This document shows, one piece after another, positions 39,171 through 54,100 of a stretch of 64,000 bases of DNA (position 1 is the first letter of the stretch; each line of letters begins with the position of its first letter). Both the position numbers and the translations under genes were made by a program. The notes under the pieces are model-generated. The model saw only the letters and a list, made by a program, of their open reading frames with translations. It was not told where the DNA came from and searched no databases. This stretch comes from Phoronis australis (taxonomy: Eukaryota; Animalia; Phoronida). The DNA is taken from the NCBI GenBank assembly GCA_002633005.1, contig NMRA01000730.1:1-64000 (forward strand), in the 5' to 3' direction.

Positions 39171-42100
39171 TTACGTGCCACTCTGTTCGCTTTCTATCAT
39201 GAACTGTTCGAAAGCTTCAGCAATTTCATCTTCATCAGCGTCCTCGTATACATCTAACGATCTGCAAATCAAAGAAGATGTCGGGTACAGATCGAGGTGA
39301 GCAGCCTTCTCCACTCGCAGACAAAAGTGCAGACTACATGTGGCATTCAAGGTGAAAACAAACATTAATTAATTGGTATTACCTTTAAATGTCTAGGACC
39401 TTATTAACTACGCATGCAGTCAATAGTCAAGTTACGTGAACGTTACAGTGAAAGGTTACGTTATTGGAGGCAGTGTTGTGTATTTGAGCTCAGCAATGCT
39501 AGGACCTCGCTAAAATCTAGCCAAAATCACGTGTTCTCATTTCAATATCACGCGTAATTTTTGCAAAGACTTGCTTTTTAATGAGGTCCTAGCAGTGCTG
39601 TACTCTGTCCAGGCCTCAAGAGGGATTCAAACCCATGACATCAAGGAGGGTGCAGCGTGACGCTTTCCAAGTAGAGCTAAAAGCTAACGCAGCAAGTAGC
39701 CGAGTATTTTAAAGACTATGTAGGACTAAAAAACTGTCCAACACCATATCTCAGAAATGGCTGACTGTATTCATATGAATCTGTCAGATATCATGCGTTA
39801 TACACTGTTCTCTAAAACACTGTTAGCGATTGCTTCAAAAATGTTCCACTTTTGCATGATGGGCTACCAAAAAGGGACTTTCATGGTTCTCATAAAAAAA
39901 TGAAAAAAGATAATTTAGAAAACAGTAAATTTTTTTGAGATTTCATCCTGAACATCTATATCAAACAAAGTCATGTGCTATGTTGCCACGGATGTACATT
40001 TCCTTTTTGATAAATTTCATAAAAAGAACATGGTCACCAAACCCAGTTAGTACCATATTGGTGTGAAGTCAAACATCAAACTCTACAGCTTTTCTACTTT
40101 CACATACTTTTTCAAAATTAAAATCTGTCGTTTTGTAAAAGCTTGGCTTAATACACAGACTAGGCGATGAAGTCCAACACAATCATGACTCGTTCATTGC
40201 CAAGTTTTAGAACTGCATTTCTCAGTGTCGTATTGATGTTGAGGTTATGTATAACATAGCTTTCAAACAAAAACAAGAGCAACGCGGAGCGTTGAAATGC
40301 GCCCACAATTGCACCGCATACGGTATCCTTCTAGGGTTGTTTATTGGTACCATAAAGTGGCCAGTAGAGGGCATACTTTGCAAAATGGAAAGGCATGGTC
40401 ATTGTCTCCTCAATAGGCTAGGGGCAAAATGTGAGTAATCTTCATAATACAAGCACATCCTATACACCAGTTGCTTAAAGCACCACAGAAACATANNNNN
40501 NNNNNNNNNNNNNNNNNNNNNNNNNNNNNNNNNNNNNNNNNNNNNNNNNNNNNNNNNNNNNNNNNNNNNNNNNNNNNNNNNNNNNNNNNNNNNNNNNNNN
40601 NNNNNNNNNNNNNNNNNNNNNNNNNNNNNNNNNNNNNNNNNNNNNNNNNNNNNNNNNNNNNNNNNNNNNNNNNNNNNNNNNNNNNNNNNNNNNNNNNNNN
40701 NNNNNNNNNNNNNNNNNNNNNNNNNNNNNNNNNNNNNNNNNNNNNNNNNNNNNNNNNNNNNNNNNNNNNNNNNNNNNNNNNNNNNNNNNNNNNNNNNNNN
40801 NNNNNNNNNNNNNNNNNNNNNNNNNNNNNNNNNNNNNNNNNNNNNNNNNNNNNNNNNNNNNNNNNNNNNNNNNNNNNNNNNNNNNNNNNNNNNNNNNNNN
40901 NNNNNNNNNNNNNNNNNNNNNNNNNNNNNNNNNNNNNNNNNNNNNNNNNNNNNNNNNNNNNNNNNNNNNNNNNNNNNNNNNNNNNNNNNNNNNNNNNNNN
41001 NNNNNNNNNNNNNNNNNNNNNNNNNNNNNNNNNNNNNNNNNNNNNNNNNNNNNNNNNNNNNNNNNNNNNNNNNNNNNNNNNNNNNNNNNNNNNNNNNNNN
41101 NNNNNNNNNNNNNNNNNNNNNNNNNNNNNNNNNNNNNNNNNNNNNNNNNNNNNNNNNNNNNNNNNNNNNNNNNNNNNNNNNNNNNNNNNNNNNNNNNNNN
41201 NNNNNNNNNNNNNNNNNNNNNNNCCTCTACATAGTAAGCACATACATGCCAATTTTCACAATCATCCTTTGAGCGGTTTGGTTGATAGAGGGGTGGAAGC
41301 ACAAAAACAGACTCGAAAACAGTAAAAATGGCCACTAGGTGGCGCAAACTATGTCGAATCCATCCGAAAACGGCAGGATAGCGTCATCTCACTACTAGGT
41401 GCCTACATACCAAATTTCATGAAAATCCGTTCAGGACTTTTGAAGATACAAAGGTAAGCGTAAAAAACTAAAATTGCCACTAGGGGGCACACCGGTAGTC
41501 GGATCCATCCGAAAGTTCGCACATGCCGTCCCATTCATGAATGGAACATATGTGCCAAATTTCATGAATGTATGTCAAAGGGTTTTGGAGATAGAGCAGC
41601 GGACGCCGGACGCCGGACGGACGCCGCCCGGACGGACGGACGGACGGACGGACGGCCGGCCGGACGGACGGACGGCCGGACGGACGGACAGAGATGACGG
41701 CATAATGCGTCCACATATAAATATGTGGGCGCATAAAAATGCTAGAAAATCATTATTTATTGGCGGGTTGTTATGAACTTTCAGGGCAAGATGCACACAC
41801 ATCATTTAATGATACGTGTATACTAAGGTAGAGTATTCAAGATGTTCGGTGGAAAAACACTATCAATGGTCAATGAAGGGATTTGGTTCAAAGTCATACC
41901 CTGACGGTCCCAGTTCATATATCGTCTCTGATCCTGTATCGGAAAATTTCAAATGTATAGATAGGCATATCATTGAGTGCAAGTAAGAATTTGATGCCTA
42001 TCACAATAAAAGTACGCCACTGGCGCAAAAACACATTCTACTTTGATTTGTGACGATGTTGACTGAAAGTGTAATCACAAGGTATGTTAAAGTCTACCCC

Positions 42101-45100
42101 TCAAAAACGTGATGCATGTGGATAACCAGAGTCACTTTGAATAGGAACAACTGTTGACCAGGAATTACATATCTCACATCTGATCAGACCACCATGATTA
42201 CTTACGCCTCACTCCAAACACCATAGTCATTGTCTGCACTAGACTCATCAGGTATATACAATTGTGCATCATCATTGCTGGCAAACCCTGCCTCCTCTCG
42301 AGTAATCACTTGTCCCTTGTCATTGTAGAACACTGGCTCAGTCTAGAAAAGTGTAAAAACATGGCTGTCTTTATCATATACAATGGCAACTAATATAATC
42401 TGGGTTAATGCCAAGGGTGTTTAAATTGGCAAAGTCAAAAATTGTTTCGGAAGGGAGCACTCATGAGCATTCGCTCCCCCTTCATGGCTTTAAAAACGAA
42501 AAATCGAAAAATCATAAAGAGGCTAATTAACACCGAGTCTGTTCTCAATCTTATCCAAGCCATGACAGCAATTGAGTTGATTTCTACAAGGCGGGTAAAT
42601 CTTGGAAGGATTGGCCTACCCTGACGAAACTGAAAGCATTTTCAAATTGGTTCTTCTTTACTTGCCCTTGATAATTTGTATGCAGATGAAAATTATTTTT
42701 ATCATGGCATTGAAAGATTTGAAACACACTTTGTATGGATAAATAACCTTGGTTCAGGATTGAAGCCCAAGAAGCATGGTTGGTTCTGGTCTGTGTTTTT
42801 TTTTTCTAAGAAATCGTTGTACTGCTTTGTGCGTTTGCTCCATTCATAATCCCTTGGCACCATGTCAACAACGACATGTGAAAGCTATTGCCAGAGATGT
42901 TTATTAGATACCTGACTGAACGGTGATGGAGTCCTGAACTCGAAATGTTCGCTGGTCGTCGGCGACGGCGTCGACGTATTACGGCCCCAGTTATTACTCC
43001 TCAGATCTACCAAGTTTGCAATTATTTCTTTAGTCAAACTGAAAAAAGAAGAAAAAACTCATCCCTTGCTAAATCTTCTGGGAATATGATCCAGTGGGAC
43101 GACAGAAATTCGAGCTTAGATCTACCACACGAGGTACATTCTGTAGATTCAAGGATCTTGCGACAAAAAATCAAGATCACGCAAGACCATACAACACCAT
43201 GTGACTGAAAGGCGAATGTTTCGCGAGCATGCTCGCTTACCAGTATATTCCAGCAAAAAGATGACCATTGAAATGATTGGTTGGTGAGGTTCAAATGTTG
43301 ACTTATGGGACAAAACTTCATGTTTCTGTTCCATAACCAAAGATTGTTTGAGTCCACGCGAACCAGACCTGGTCTTAGTTTTTCCTGCTCCACGAGTTTT
43401 CCATGCATAAAAGTATTTGTTTTTTTTCCAGGTCATGTGAAAACCTACTAAATGTAGCAACCACCTTGTTGAAAACTGAATATTCCATAAATCTTATACG
43501 GTTATTTCCGACAACATGGTGGGCTAAATCAAAAAATATGTGAAGGCAGGAGGAATTCAGCCTCCCTCTTTGCCTAAACACACATTTGCATCCCTGACAG
43601 AGTGTGACATTTGCTACAATATCGCATTAGTTGGTTACCTGCTAAATTTCTCAAGCATAACTAAACGAAGTAGTTCAAACAGATTGTCCAGTCCTGTCGA
43701 GTCACCCGCTATCCTTAAGTCATCTTCTATAGCCGAACCACAGAACTGTAAAAATAATTTCGGTTCTGATGAAAGCAACTACACATAGATTCACCTGCAA
43801 TAAGGAGAATAATTGTCTGTCAGGGCCCTTGATTTTAATACCGAGCGCTGTCATCATTTCCCTTCTAAAGAACTATCTAAAAATTCCCTTCATTGAGTCA
43901 CAAAATTTCCTTCAAACGATGAGAAAGTCCCTCCTAAATCAACATCCCAAAACTAAGAAACTCAAAATACAAACAACATGCTCAGCAGCAGAAGAGTCTA
44001 CTTCCGCAGGGTTTCATGATTAATTCGTGGAACAGGATATGGAAAAGTTCATTACAAGTGCGGGGGTGATTAGAGTCTCAAGAACAGGAATACTCTGGGA
44101 TTTGCTGGTACAGAAACTGATATCCCTACCAAGCTGGAGGAAGCATTGAAAGATCAGGTCAGTGGGTGGTACAATTGTCTCAGTACGCAGTGCTTTGGTT
44201 GACCTAATTACCGGAAAATTGGATATGACAGGGTGGTGAAAAATAAAATGCCTTTTCTTAATGTGAGTTTGCAACCTGGAACATTACACATTGAACAGGA
44301 GCAGTAACGATAGATTAAGCAGGATTGGTAAACAGATACAGTGAACACTATTCTAAAAACAATAATCCGAAATGATGGATGTATTTTTGTGGCAGGAGTT
44401 TTAAAAATTCTCCGGAAATGTTTTACCTGTAACTATCCTTTACTAATTAATGTCTCTGTTTTAACCAGGTTTGGAACTTTTTAGCACCCCCCCAGAAACA
44501 GCTTTTTAGCAATCCCCCATAAATCACTTTCACATTGTATCCAGGTTCTCAGTCACTCCCTTGCATAAATTCACTATTAAGACCCGAGATCAGAGGAGTA
44601 AGAGACCTACGTCTACCAGTAAAGCCAAGATTTGAGTTTGGGTCTCCCAAGTGCTAGTCCTGGGCCTGGTCTCCAATCTTTTACTCGAAATGGAACTCGA
44701 AATTAGGTTAGGTATTCTCAACTCTACTTTTGGGCGAACTCAAGATAAGTGTCTATTATTCTGTGCTCGAGTACACAATAACTTACGTAGATAATTTATT
44801 GCCCTTAGTTCAGAGTTTGTAAACCCAATATTAAAGCAATAAGTTCGAGTTTGAACTCGAAATTTCGAGTTTTTACTCGAGTTTGTAGCACGAATATAAG
44901 GGTCTTCAAGGGCAAACTTGAACTAGAAACTCCTATGCATAAACTAGAATGCATTAGAGCACAGTCTGATAACCAACTATCTTAAGTTCGTACAAAAGGA
45001 GCAGAGGAATTGCCAAAAATAGTTTCGAGTTCGTTTTGAGTACAAAGATTAGAGACCGGGCCCTGAGCTCTTACCACTGAGCCACACTGTCTTCTCCTTG

Positions 45101-48100
45101 GAATTCAAATGAAAACCAACAGTCATTAATGGATAAAATTCATACACATTCAGGTGCACAGCATTTTTTCAGAGGCTTAACACGTAGTTGCAAATGGTCA
45201 AAAGTTCATCAAATTTCGTTTGGAAATAGCCACACCATACAAATCATGTTGTAAGCAAAGTAAATTTTCCTGGAAAGTTATTTTTGTTGAGAGCTTTCAG
45301 AAAGAATGAAACTTCAGCTGTCCACCATATTGCGTCCCAAGTCAAGATTTTTTTTACCATAGTTTCATCAAACTTCAAAACACGGACGGCCACCAATCTG
45401 ATGACCAGATCCTTCACACTGTCTTTCCGAGGTTATTTCAGTCCACAAAACGACCTTGGCATTCACACTGCTGTGTCTGATGTTCTTTTATCATTACCTT
45501 AAGTGTTTGTACAACACATTTAATGTTGCCATCAGTGGTGGGTAAAGTAGATAGTAGAACTAACAGCTCTAGGATCTTCGTTTGTAAAATTGCAACCCTC
45601 GCTGAAGAACCATCAGCCTTTTTAATCTGGAAAGGAGACAGTTGTAAAGCAAGGTACAAATACAAAGCCCACAGTTTGGGAAATTCATAAGCTTAACTAA
45701 GCACATAACGAAGTAAATCTTTCAAATTAACCCAATGGTATTAATGTATGCTAGCTATCACTTAAGCTAAATTACGAATCCGTTGCTAAATGACCTCTGT
45801 TGCCACGTTAGCGTTGGATTTGGAAGTCAAAAAGAGGGTGCTGTTATTATTGTGTTGTCGCATGGAATTTCGTCCAATTTCCTGTGCCCTATTTCCTGTG
45901 CCTGATCATTAGGTCATATTGGTTGTCTAGTGTTAAATCCTTCTGACATTTTTATTATCATCAAATTTGGTATCACACCCTTCTTACATCTTGATATTAT
46001 CAAGTCTGGTATCACATCTTTCTGACATCTTGATATTATCATCAAGTCTGGTATCACATCTTTCTGACATCTTAATATTATCATCAAGTCTGGCATCACA
46101 TCCCTCTGACATCTTAATATTGTGATCAAAACTGGTGTCACATCTTTCTGACATCTTGATATTATCACCAAGTCTGGTATCACATCCTTCTTACATCTTG
46201 TTATTATCATCAAGTCTGGCATCACATCTTACATCTTGTTATTATCATCAAGTCTGGTGTCACATTATCTTAACATATAGATATAATCATCAAGTCTGAC
46301 TAGCATCACATCCTCCAGACATCTTTATATAATCATCAACCCTGGTATCACATCCTTCTCACATCTTGATATTAACATCAAGGACTTATTAAAGCCATAA
46401 CTAAATAAAATTTCCAGTCCATGAAAATGTCCCTAGAAATTAACCACCATACATTCACAGGCAAGTACCGCCAAGCAATTTTGGTTACAGGCGATCAAGG
46501 GAAAAAATCAGTGAAGGCACACATGGTAAAGAACGACAATAAATTATTGCAAAGTCCACTTCTGGTTTCCAAAATGCCTGAATTTCAATAATTGATTTTT
46601 TCAACATAATGGCATCTTGCTATCAATGTAAGGATAAAAAATTGGCAAATCATTGCAAAATCGCGAATCGGAATTGACCTCCAAAAATAGGTAATCTATC
46701 ACTTACCAATAGACTCAAGTAAATTTCTCCAATAAACTGGGTAAAGCCGTAGACTTTAGAAACTGTCTCGGGGGATTTTAAGTTGGCTGACGCTCTGTTG
46801 AATTCATCATGACACCTGAATCATATATTAGTAATTGGTGATGGCTAGCAAAAGACTGCCTCAATTTTTTCAGCAACTATGTGGTTCCATAATTAAGGTC
46901 TTCATTACACTGAACAAAGCAAATATCAGACAAGCAATGACAATTACATAGAATAGAGTCCTTAAACACAAGCACATACATACGCGTTTCGACAAGAGCA
47001 CCATGTGCAAACAGCTGTTTAACTATAATCTTGTTTAACTATAATCTATAGTACATGACAAAAGGAGCCATGACCACTAAATCTGTTAAAAGCAAAAATG
47101 ACTAGTAACAACTATTACAACGACAAACTTCAAAATACAAAATGGGTTAACCACCTTACTAAATGTTTTTTTTTGTTCACCATTCATTCTCGGTCATGAG
47201 CAATGACTACTCTGACAATAAAATTTGACTTCTGTCATGATGGCTAATTTTGTCTGAATACGTTCACCATTCATTCTCGGTCATGAGCAATGACTACTCT
47301 GACAATAAAATTTGACTTCTGTCATGATGGCTAATTTTGTCTGAATACGTTTGCCAAATACTGCAAACTTTTTATACTGACCTTCACACACACACACATT
47401 TGTAAGCATGTTACTATAAATTTAAAGTGGCCAGTTTATCGCGATTTGACACGGAATCATGCTCTGACATGTTCCCACCACCTTTAATAGCCCAGGATAT
47501 CAAACTTCGGAATTCAAATTTCCCTCAAAAGTGAGCATATAGAAACCAAATGGTTTCCCTGAATATAAAAGTTGTTAGATACATTAGACCAGAGCATCAT
47601 GCATTCAAGTTCAATTGGACAATTATCGTTAAAGCAGCTGCCTTCTCACCTTAGCATAGTTCAGTAAAAGCTTGCGAACAGACAGCAGTCACGTGACTTG
47701 TATAACAGCATAGACAATATGCATAATTATACCATTGATTGTTTACCGACTGTTGTTTATAAAAAAGTTATAGGCACCCGAAATGGCCTTTCACGAAATG
47801 ATGATTCAAAAAACTGTGAACACAATTTTATGTGTCTATAGAGAAGGGTAAACTGTAAATAATTACTCTTCTTCCACGCCATACGTTGGTTAAATCACTG
47901 AGTTATCAGAACCACTGGGTACTAAGTGCTGAAAAGCATTAACTTCCTTGTTTCGATGAGCGACTACACTGGCAGCATCNTTGTATAACAGCATAGACAA
48001 TATGCATAATTATACCATTGATTGTTTACCAGGACTGTTCTTTATAAAAAAGTTATAGGCACCCGAAATGGCCTTTCACGAAATGATGATTCAAAAAACT

Positions 48101-51100
48101 GTGAACACAATTTTATGTGTCTATAGAGAAGGGTAAACTGTAAATAATTACTCTTCTTCCACGCCATACGTTGGTTAAATCACTGAGTTATCAGAACCAC
48201 TGGGTACTAAGTGCTGAAAAGCATTAACTTCCTTGTTTCGATGAGCGACTACACTGGCAGCATCATTCAACCTTCCTTTATAGCACAGCATATTACAACA
48301 ATATCCCACAAATGAGAAAATACAAGAAAAATGACTTTACTTGAATTTTTTATCTACACAGACATGAGAGTGACGTATAAATTCACCCAGTGCCAGTGTT
48401 TCCATTACAAATTGTGACATACCGTTGCTTCTCCGATATCCCACGGGAAACTGAATAGAGCCACAGCGTGCTCAAATACTGAGCTGTCACAACCGTCACA
48501 AACCCAACTCCTTAACAATCTTTACTATATCATAAACCATAGGAAGCAGTATCTAATGACTTTTCACCCAAACACAATGGAGAATTCATCATACTGTGAT
48601 GGGTTGTCACCATTCTACATAAGACGTATCGACCACTAAATGCCTGTTTGTCGTAACTTGAGATCAGCCAATTCACATACCGTCAGTGCTTGGGGATGTT
48701 GTAATTTGAAAGCTGATCGACTGGTGAGTCGTTTATAAGCATTTTTGATATGGAATTAGCGGTTAAACACTTTAAAATTCCAGTCAGCTGGTTAGCATCA
48801 AGTCCTGGTTCGAGACTCGGTCAAGACTGAGATCTTTTCAGACTTAAGTTATGACGTGACCAACATGTAATTCCTACAACATTAACGTGCCTATTTACAG
48901 CCCAATTATAAACTGTTAATGGTACACCAAAATCCCTTTTTGGATGAACCCTTCCTTTCCAAAGCCAATTCGAACTAATTTGTTTGTAAATTCCAAATTT
49001 AGAAATAACATACCTTTTCATCAGGTGACTTCGAAAGGTTCCCAATCCTGAATCACACACTGCTACTAGTGAAGTACACAGGTGACTGCATAGACGAGCT
49101 GCAGAGTAACGTATATTCCTATCTGAAATGGCCTGAAATTAGACCATCAATCAAATAGATTTGTTTCTTATCAAACATAAAGATTCTAGTCCACTAAAAT
49201 TCAACAATTCTAGCCACAAGTCAACAGACGTGTTAAAGAAATCACTCATGCTCTCTAAAGGTGGCGCAGTGTTTTTTCATGGCATGCAGCACGTTATCAT
49301 TTAAACGGACCTGTGGCACAATTCAGCATAAAAAGTAAGAAAATTGCAAAATCATTTTATTTTCAAAGTAAAACAGAATTTTCTAACCTACAAAACAGAA
49401 CAAAACAGAATTTGATGTTTGTTAAAACAGATTTCATTTTTTAATGGAAAACCACAGTCTTGGCTAGGCGCTATGGGCACCCTAATGTTGGTGAACAACT
49501 TTCTGTTCTTAATATATTTCAAGAAAAGGAGGATCCATTTTTTAATAAGCACTATTTTGTAACTGACTTTCAGAGTGTCTGGATGTCAGTTACCCTGGGA
49601 AATGTCCAATTTTGGCCAACTTTGGAACATTGTATCTCAGAAATGGCCAATCAGGTTCCCACAAAACTTTCAGATACTAGGCGTTCTACACTGCTCTAAA
49701 AAATGCTACTGCGAATTGTTTTTAAAACGTTCCACTTATGCATGAAGGACTTTTATTATATTTATAAAAATGAGTTACATTTAATGAAACCAAATAAAAA
49801 TTTACAAAACTGTAACATCGTTTCTTAGATTTCATCTTGAACTTCATATCATACAGCAGTTGAAATAAACATTTATGGGTGGTGATCTTCACAAGAAATT
49901 TTAAATTATGGGTGGTCCTCCTTGAAAGAAGTTATAAAACTGGATGGTGTTTTTTGTCCTGTTAACTTAACAGGTGGGTATTTTCAGTCAAACACATCTC
50001 AAAAGAAGCCAAAACTCACCAAAAAATCACTTGAAAGATATCAAAAAATCTATCTAAACAAAAAAACCCATGTTGCTAGTGTACAGAGTGCAATACGTAC
50101 ACTATGCTGTTAATCTAGTCATGGGCAACTTGATTACAACCACGTGTACTGCAGTCACAATAGAATGAAAATTACTGCAACGCTAAACTGGTGTTAACAC
50201 ATCTAAGAAAATTGCTAATTTTTTAAATAAAAAGCATGAGGAGTCAGATAGCCAAGTTCCAATTTTAACTTGACATAGCAACCTTAAAGCGTTCGTGGAG
50301 ACAGTTTGAGATTCATAGATCCATGAAATTGAAAAAATCTTATTGAAATTACAGACACATGGTGCACGGAGACATCTGGTGCCTGCTTAAAGTATTGCTC
50401 ACAGGTGTCTTTGAAAAACATACAAGTTTCTGGTAACTGACATGAGTAAGATCTCACATGGAAACTTTCTGTACCCATAAAAACTGTGGTCAGTCCGTCT
50501 GTAATTATCATTTCTTGTCCAACAAGAATCGCTTGGCAGATCACGATGAAATTTGATACAGAGGTACTTGGCAGGGATGAGCCAGCTCCAGTCGAATTTC
50601 AGGCGGATTTGGCTAACTTGGTACCCCATGTTGGCTGCTTTAGTTTTCGACAAGCCATTCCTTGTGCGTCAATTATCTCAAAAATTGCTCGATGGATGAC
50701 GATGAAATTCGAAACAGAGGTATATGGCAAGAATGTGCCGGCACCAGTCAATTTTGGACGGATTCATCAACTGTGGCACCCCCTGTTAGTTTTGGACTGC
50801 TCAAACCATTGATTGAGGTCTTGAAACCGCTAAACGGATCATGACAACATTTGGCATAGCGATAGATGGCTGGTATACACCAGCACCAGTCGATTTTCGG
50901 ACAGATTTGGCTATTGTAGCACCCCTGTTGGCCATTTTAGTTTTTGACAAGATTAACACCTCAAAAACTGCATTTTATATTTCAACCTAATTGAAAATTA
51001 TGGGTCATGGGTGGGAGAAATAAGAGAAAAATAAGGGCGGTGGGTAAGAAATGAAAGTGCTCCCCCACCCCCTTCCATACATTTTTACTGGAACAGCCCT

Positions 51101-54100
51101 GACCTATCCAGTGACAGATTGGTATTATAAAATCAAAACTAAAACTCTCCAGAAATTCTGCTTTCAGAAAATATATAGTTTTGGAGAGTTCGTTTTGTAG
51201 ATATTTAGCTTTAAGTGTACAGACAGGTCCCACAAACCTAATGCTATGGTAATAGAATGAATTATTAAGATCACTGAATATCTAACACACTATATTCTGC
51301 ACGTCATAATTTGGATATAAAAACCACGCGACACAGAAAATCCTGAACGAAACAGGGAATTGTTCAAGGCAATGTCAGATTCTCGTTTCATGAACTGCGC
51401 AGTAATTAAGGCGTTACCATTCCATGAGTTGCTCACTCACCTGCTGTACAATTAAATCTATCACAGACAACAGCACGCTGTCATTGGTTTGATAAGCAGC
51501 TAGCGTCTCCCTTAGCGACGACGCGAGATAGTCGAGAGAGCTGGGACTGGATGACAGCTGGCTCAGAGTGTACTGAACTTGTTCCACAATGAACACGCAG
51601 TCTTCTTCGAATCCCTGAAATTGTACCGCCCACAATTATCAGATCGATTACTGCCACCAAACTGGTCTCATCTCGCACCACATGTTCGGATCTTTTTTGA
51701 AAAACGATGCGAGGGGCAGTATTTTTCGTAGCTCAATTTTTCAAAAAATAAGATCAACCTGAGACAAGGAAAAATTATGCAGGTTTCTTTTACTCATCCC
51801 TTGACAACTCACATTTCAAACCTTTCTTACTCTTTCCTTCATGCCTATGTACAATTTTGAAAAAACACAAGAGTCTGCATTAAACAGATGTGAGTGGACA
51901 GACTGGATCAAAGGTCTTAAAGATGAGTTAGGCACATATCTGAGCCAACTATGGTTTGTTTTGGCATTAGCCACATCAGAAGGGATTTCGGGGGTTATGA
52001 CGAATTGACAGCTCCCTGTTACGCAACAAGAAGTTGAAAAAAGACACAACAATCAGGACGTACATACTAAAAAATAGGTAAGTTTAAATTCTGGCAGGTC
52101 AAGTTCATTCTTAATTAATCGTATTACTACAATATACGCACACTTAAATTCGAAGTGTCGCTGGCTTCCCCATCTCCTGCGGCTATGTTTTTACGTGGAA
52201 CAAATTCTTGAGCATCTGCTGACAGTGGTTTAGGGATAAATTCAGGAGCATCTGCAGACAGAGATGTATTTTGTTTTGTGTTTTGTGGGACAAAGACATC
52301 AGCGTTTATGTTTAGAGAACTCGTCACAGATTTTGACGATTCTTGTGTTGGATCTGAGTTTTCGGTACCACATGGTGAATCATCGTAATCTCGGTGAGTT
52401 AGCTGTCTACTGGGACTGTCTGCTGGTGAGCTGTGACTGGACTGTTCAGCGTCTGAAAGCAAACACAAAGTACACATCAGAAAGACATGAATATTAATTA
52501 AGGATATCAGTAATCTCAATAATAAGTGGATTTAGTCAAATATTTACAAAACCATTGATGGAAATTAAATCCAAAAATATAGAATTTTGAACATAATACC
52601 AATTGAAACTGCCCATTTTTACCTCAAATCTAGCCTTTACAAAACAGAAAAACAAAAAATAAATATAAAAATAACATGTTTATTGATAAAATGTCATTTG
52701 ACGAGGATAAGAGGAAGGACTTTTGCACACCTTTCAGACACAAGCTCACCCTGTGTTATATATGGTGAAAGAGTTTAAGAGTTAAACGGCTCATAAACAA
52801 TGAAAATGTGGCTATAGATGAATACACAAACATATATAAAACAAACCAGTATGGGAATTCTTATCTAATACATAACATAGTGCAATAACACTATCAAAAA
52901 ATATCTAAACTGACAATGTAACAAAAAATAAAAATTCAAATGACAGTCGAGTTCTGTTTATCTCTAGGATAATACCTCTAAGGACATTCATACATACCAC
53001 TCCATTTATCCGCATTTGTGTCTGAAGTATCTGTTAGAATTGTGCGAATATGAGGTTTTGAGTATAAAATAGTTAAAAATAGGAGGATTTTGTGTCACTA
53101 CTTTGTTGTGTGATAAATGAGCAAAAGTGTGAGTGTATTAATGGTTGCAAATTAATTTGCGATTAAACTTGGGTTTTTAAAAAAATCTATAATTCTCAAA
53201 ATTGCATGCACTGAGCTTTGATGGATTTACTCAAAAGTGCTTACACTGGTTCCCAGAAAGCTCTATCACAGGTGCATTAGTAGAACACACGGGTAAAGTC
53301 TGCATCTCCTCAACTCAATAAGGACAGCGAAAAGTTTGGAAGGGTGAAAGGTGTATAATAAATTTCTTTTATTAGTTTTTCATTGTAACAATTACTTAAG
53401 GGCCCAAACTTAGCATGTGTTAGTGCAAAAGTTTGCATAATAGAGTTTTTAACCTAAGCCTTATTATAAGTGTCATAATTAATTACAAGAAAGTCGTTAC
53501 TGCCCATGGTAAGGGGACCACATTATTTCATATACGTGAAATTCATTAAAGCGCAAAAACCTCCTACCCAGGTGCAAACACAAAGTTAAGAACAGTTGAA
53601 ACAATATTCTAGACCAAACCATGGGGGTAAAATTAACATATAAGCAGCATATCTGTTTACTAGTAGGTCAGTGACTTTGTCCAGTTCAGGCACTTTCCAA
53701 ACCAGTATCTTTTAATATTAGTTTAAATTGGCAACCTCAGATCTTAGTCAGGTAGTCAAAGGTGACTTTGACGATGACTATATGTGTATTGTCAATGCCA
53801 TTGACATAATTGTCCAAATCTCATGTTAAAAATGTGAAACAGCGCTCATGGGATGTTTGACATAACAGTTGGCTGCAAACAGTAATTTTATAGATATCAG
53901 GTCCTCAGTAGCTCAGTCGCCAATGGTAAGAGCACTAGACTCGCAACCTGTGGTTCGATTCCCAATTGGGGTTCGCGATTTTTAATGCTTATTTGATATA
54001 TTTCACTATTGCCAAGCTCAGCATCTATGTATTCATTGGTATATCAGTATAAGAATACTGTATTTTTGGAATCAACATATGGGTAGGATTAGGAAAATAT

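Noticed and set aside
40410-41347. Long ORFs of 280-290 aa in the track
   Set aside because: They are artefacts of the N gap.
41474-41805. ORFs with RTDG/RPSV repeats
   Set aside because: These are translations of the (GGAC)n microsatellite in a Helentron-type element.
45914-46382. Regular repeats (CRISPR-like or repeat-protein ORF MMPDLMIITRC...)
   Set aside because: Contiguous 42-bp tandem units with no unique spacers and no cas genes, inside a eukaryotic intron; the ORF stays open because the unit length is a multiple of 3.
47698-48264. 283-bp tandem duplication as a biological event
   Set aside because: The junction is a single N and the copies are near-identical, typical of an unmerged contig or haplotype overlap. 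The exact 87-bp duplication at 47175 may be similar.
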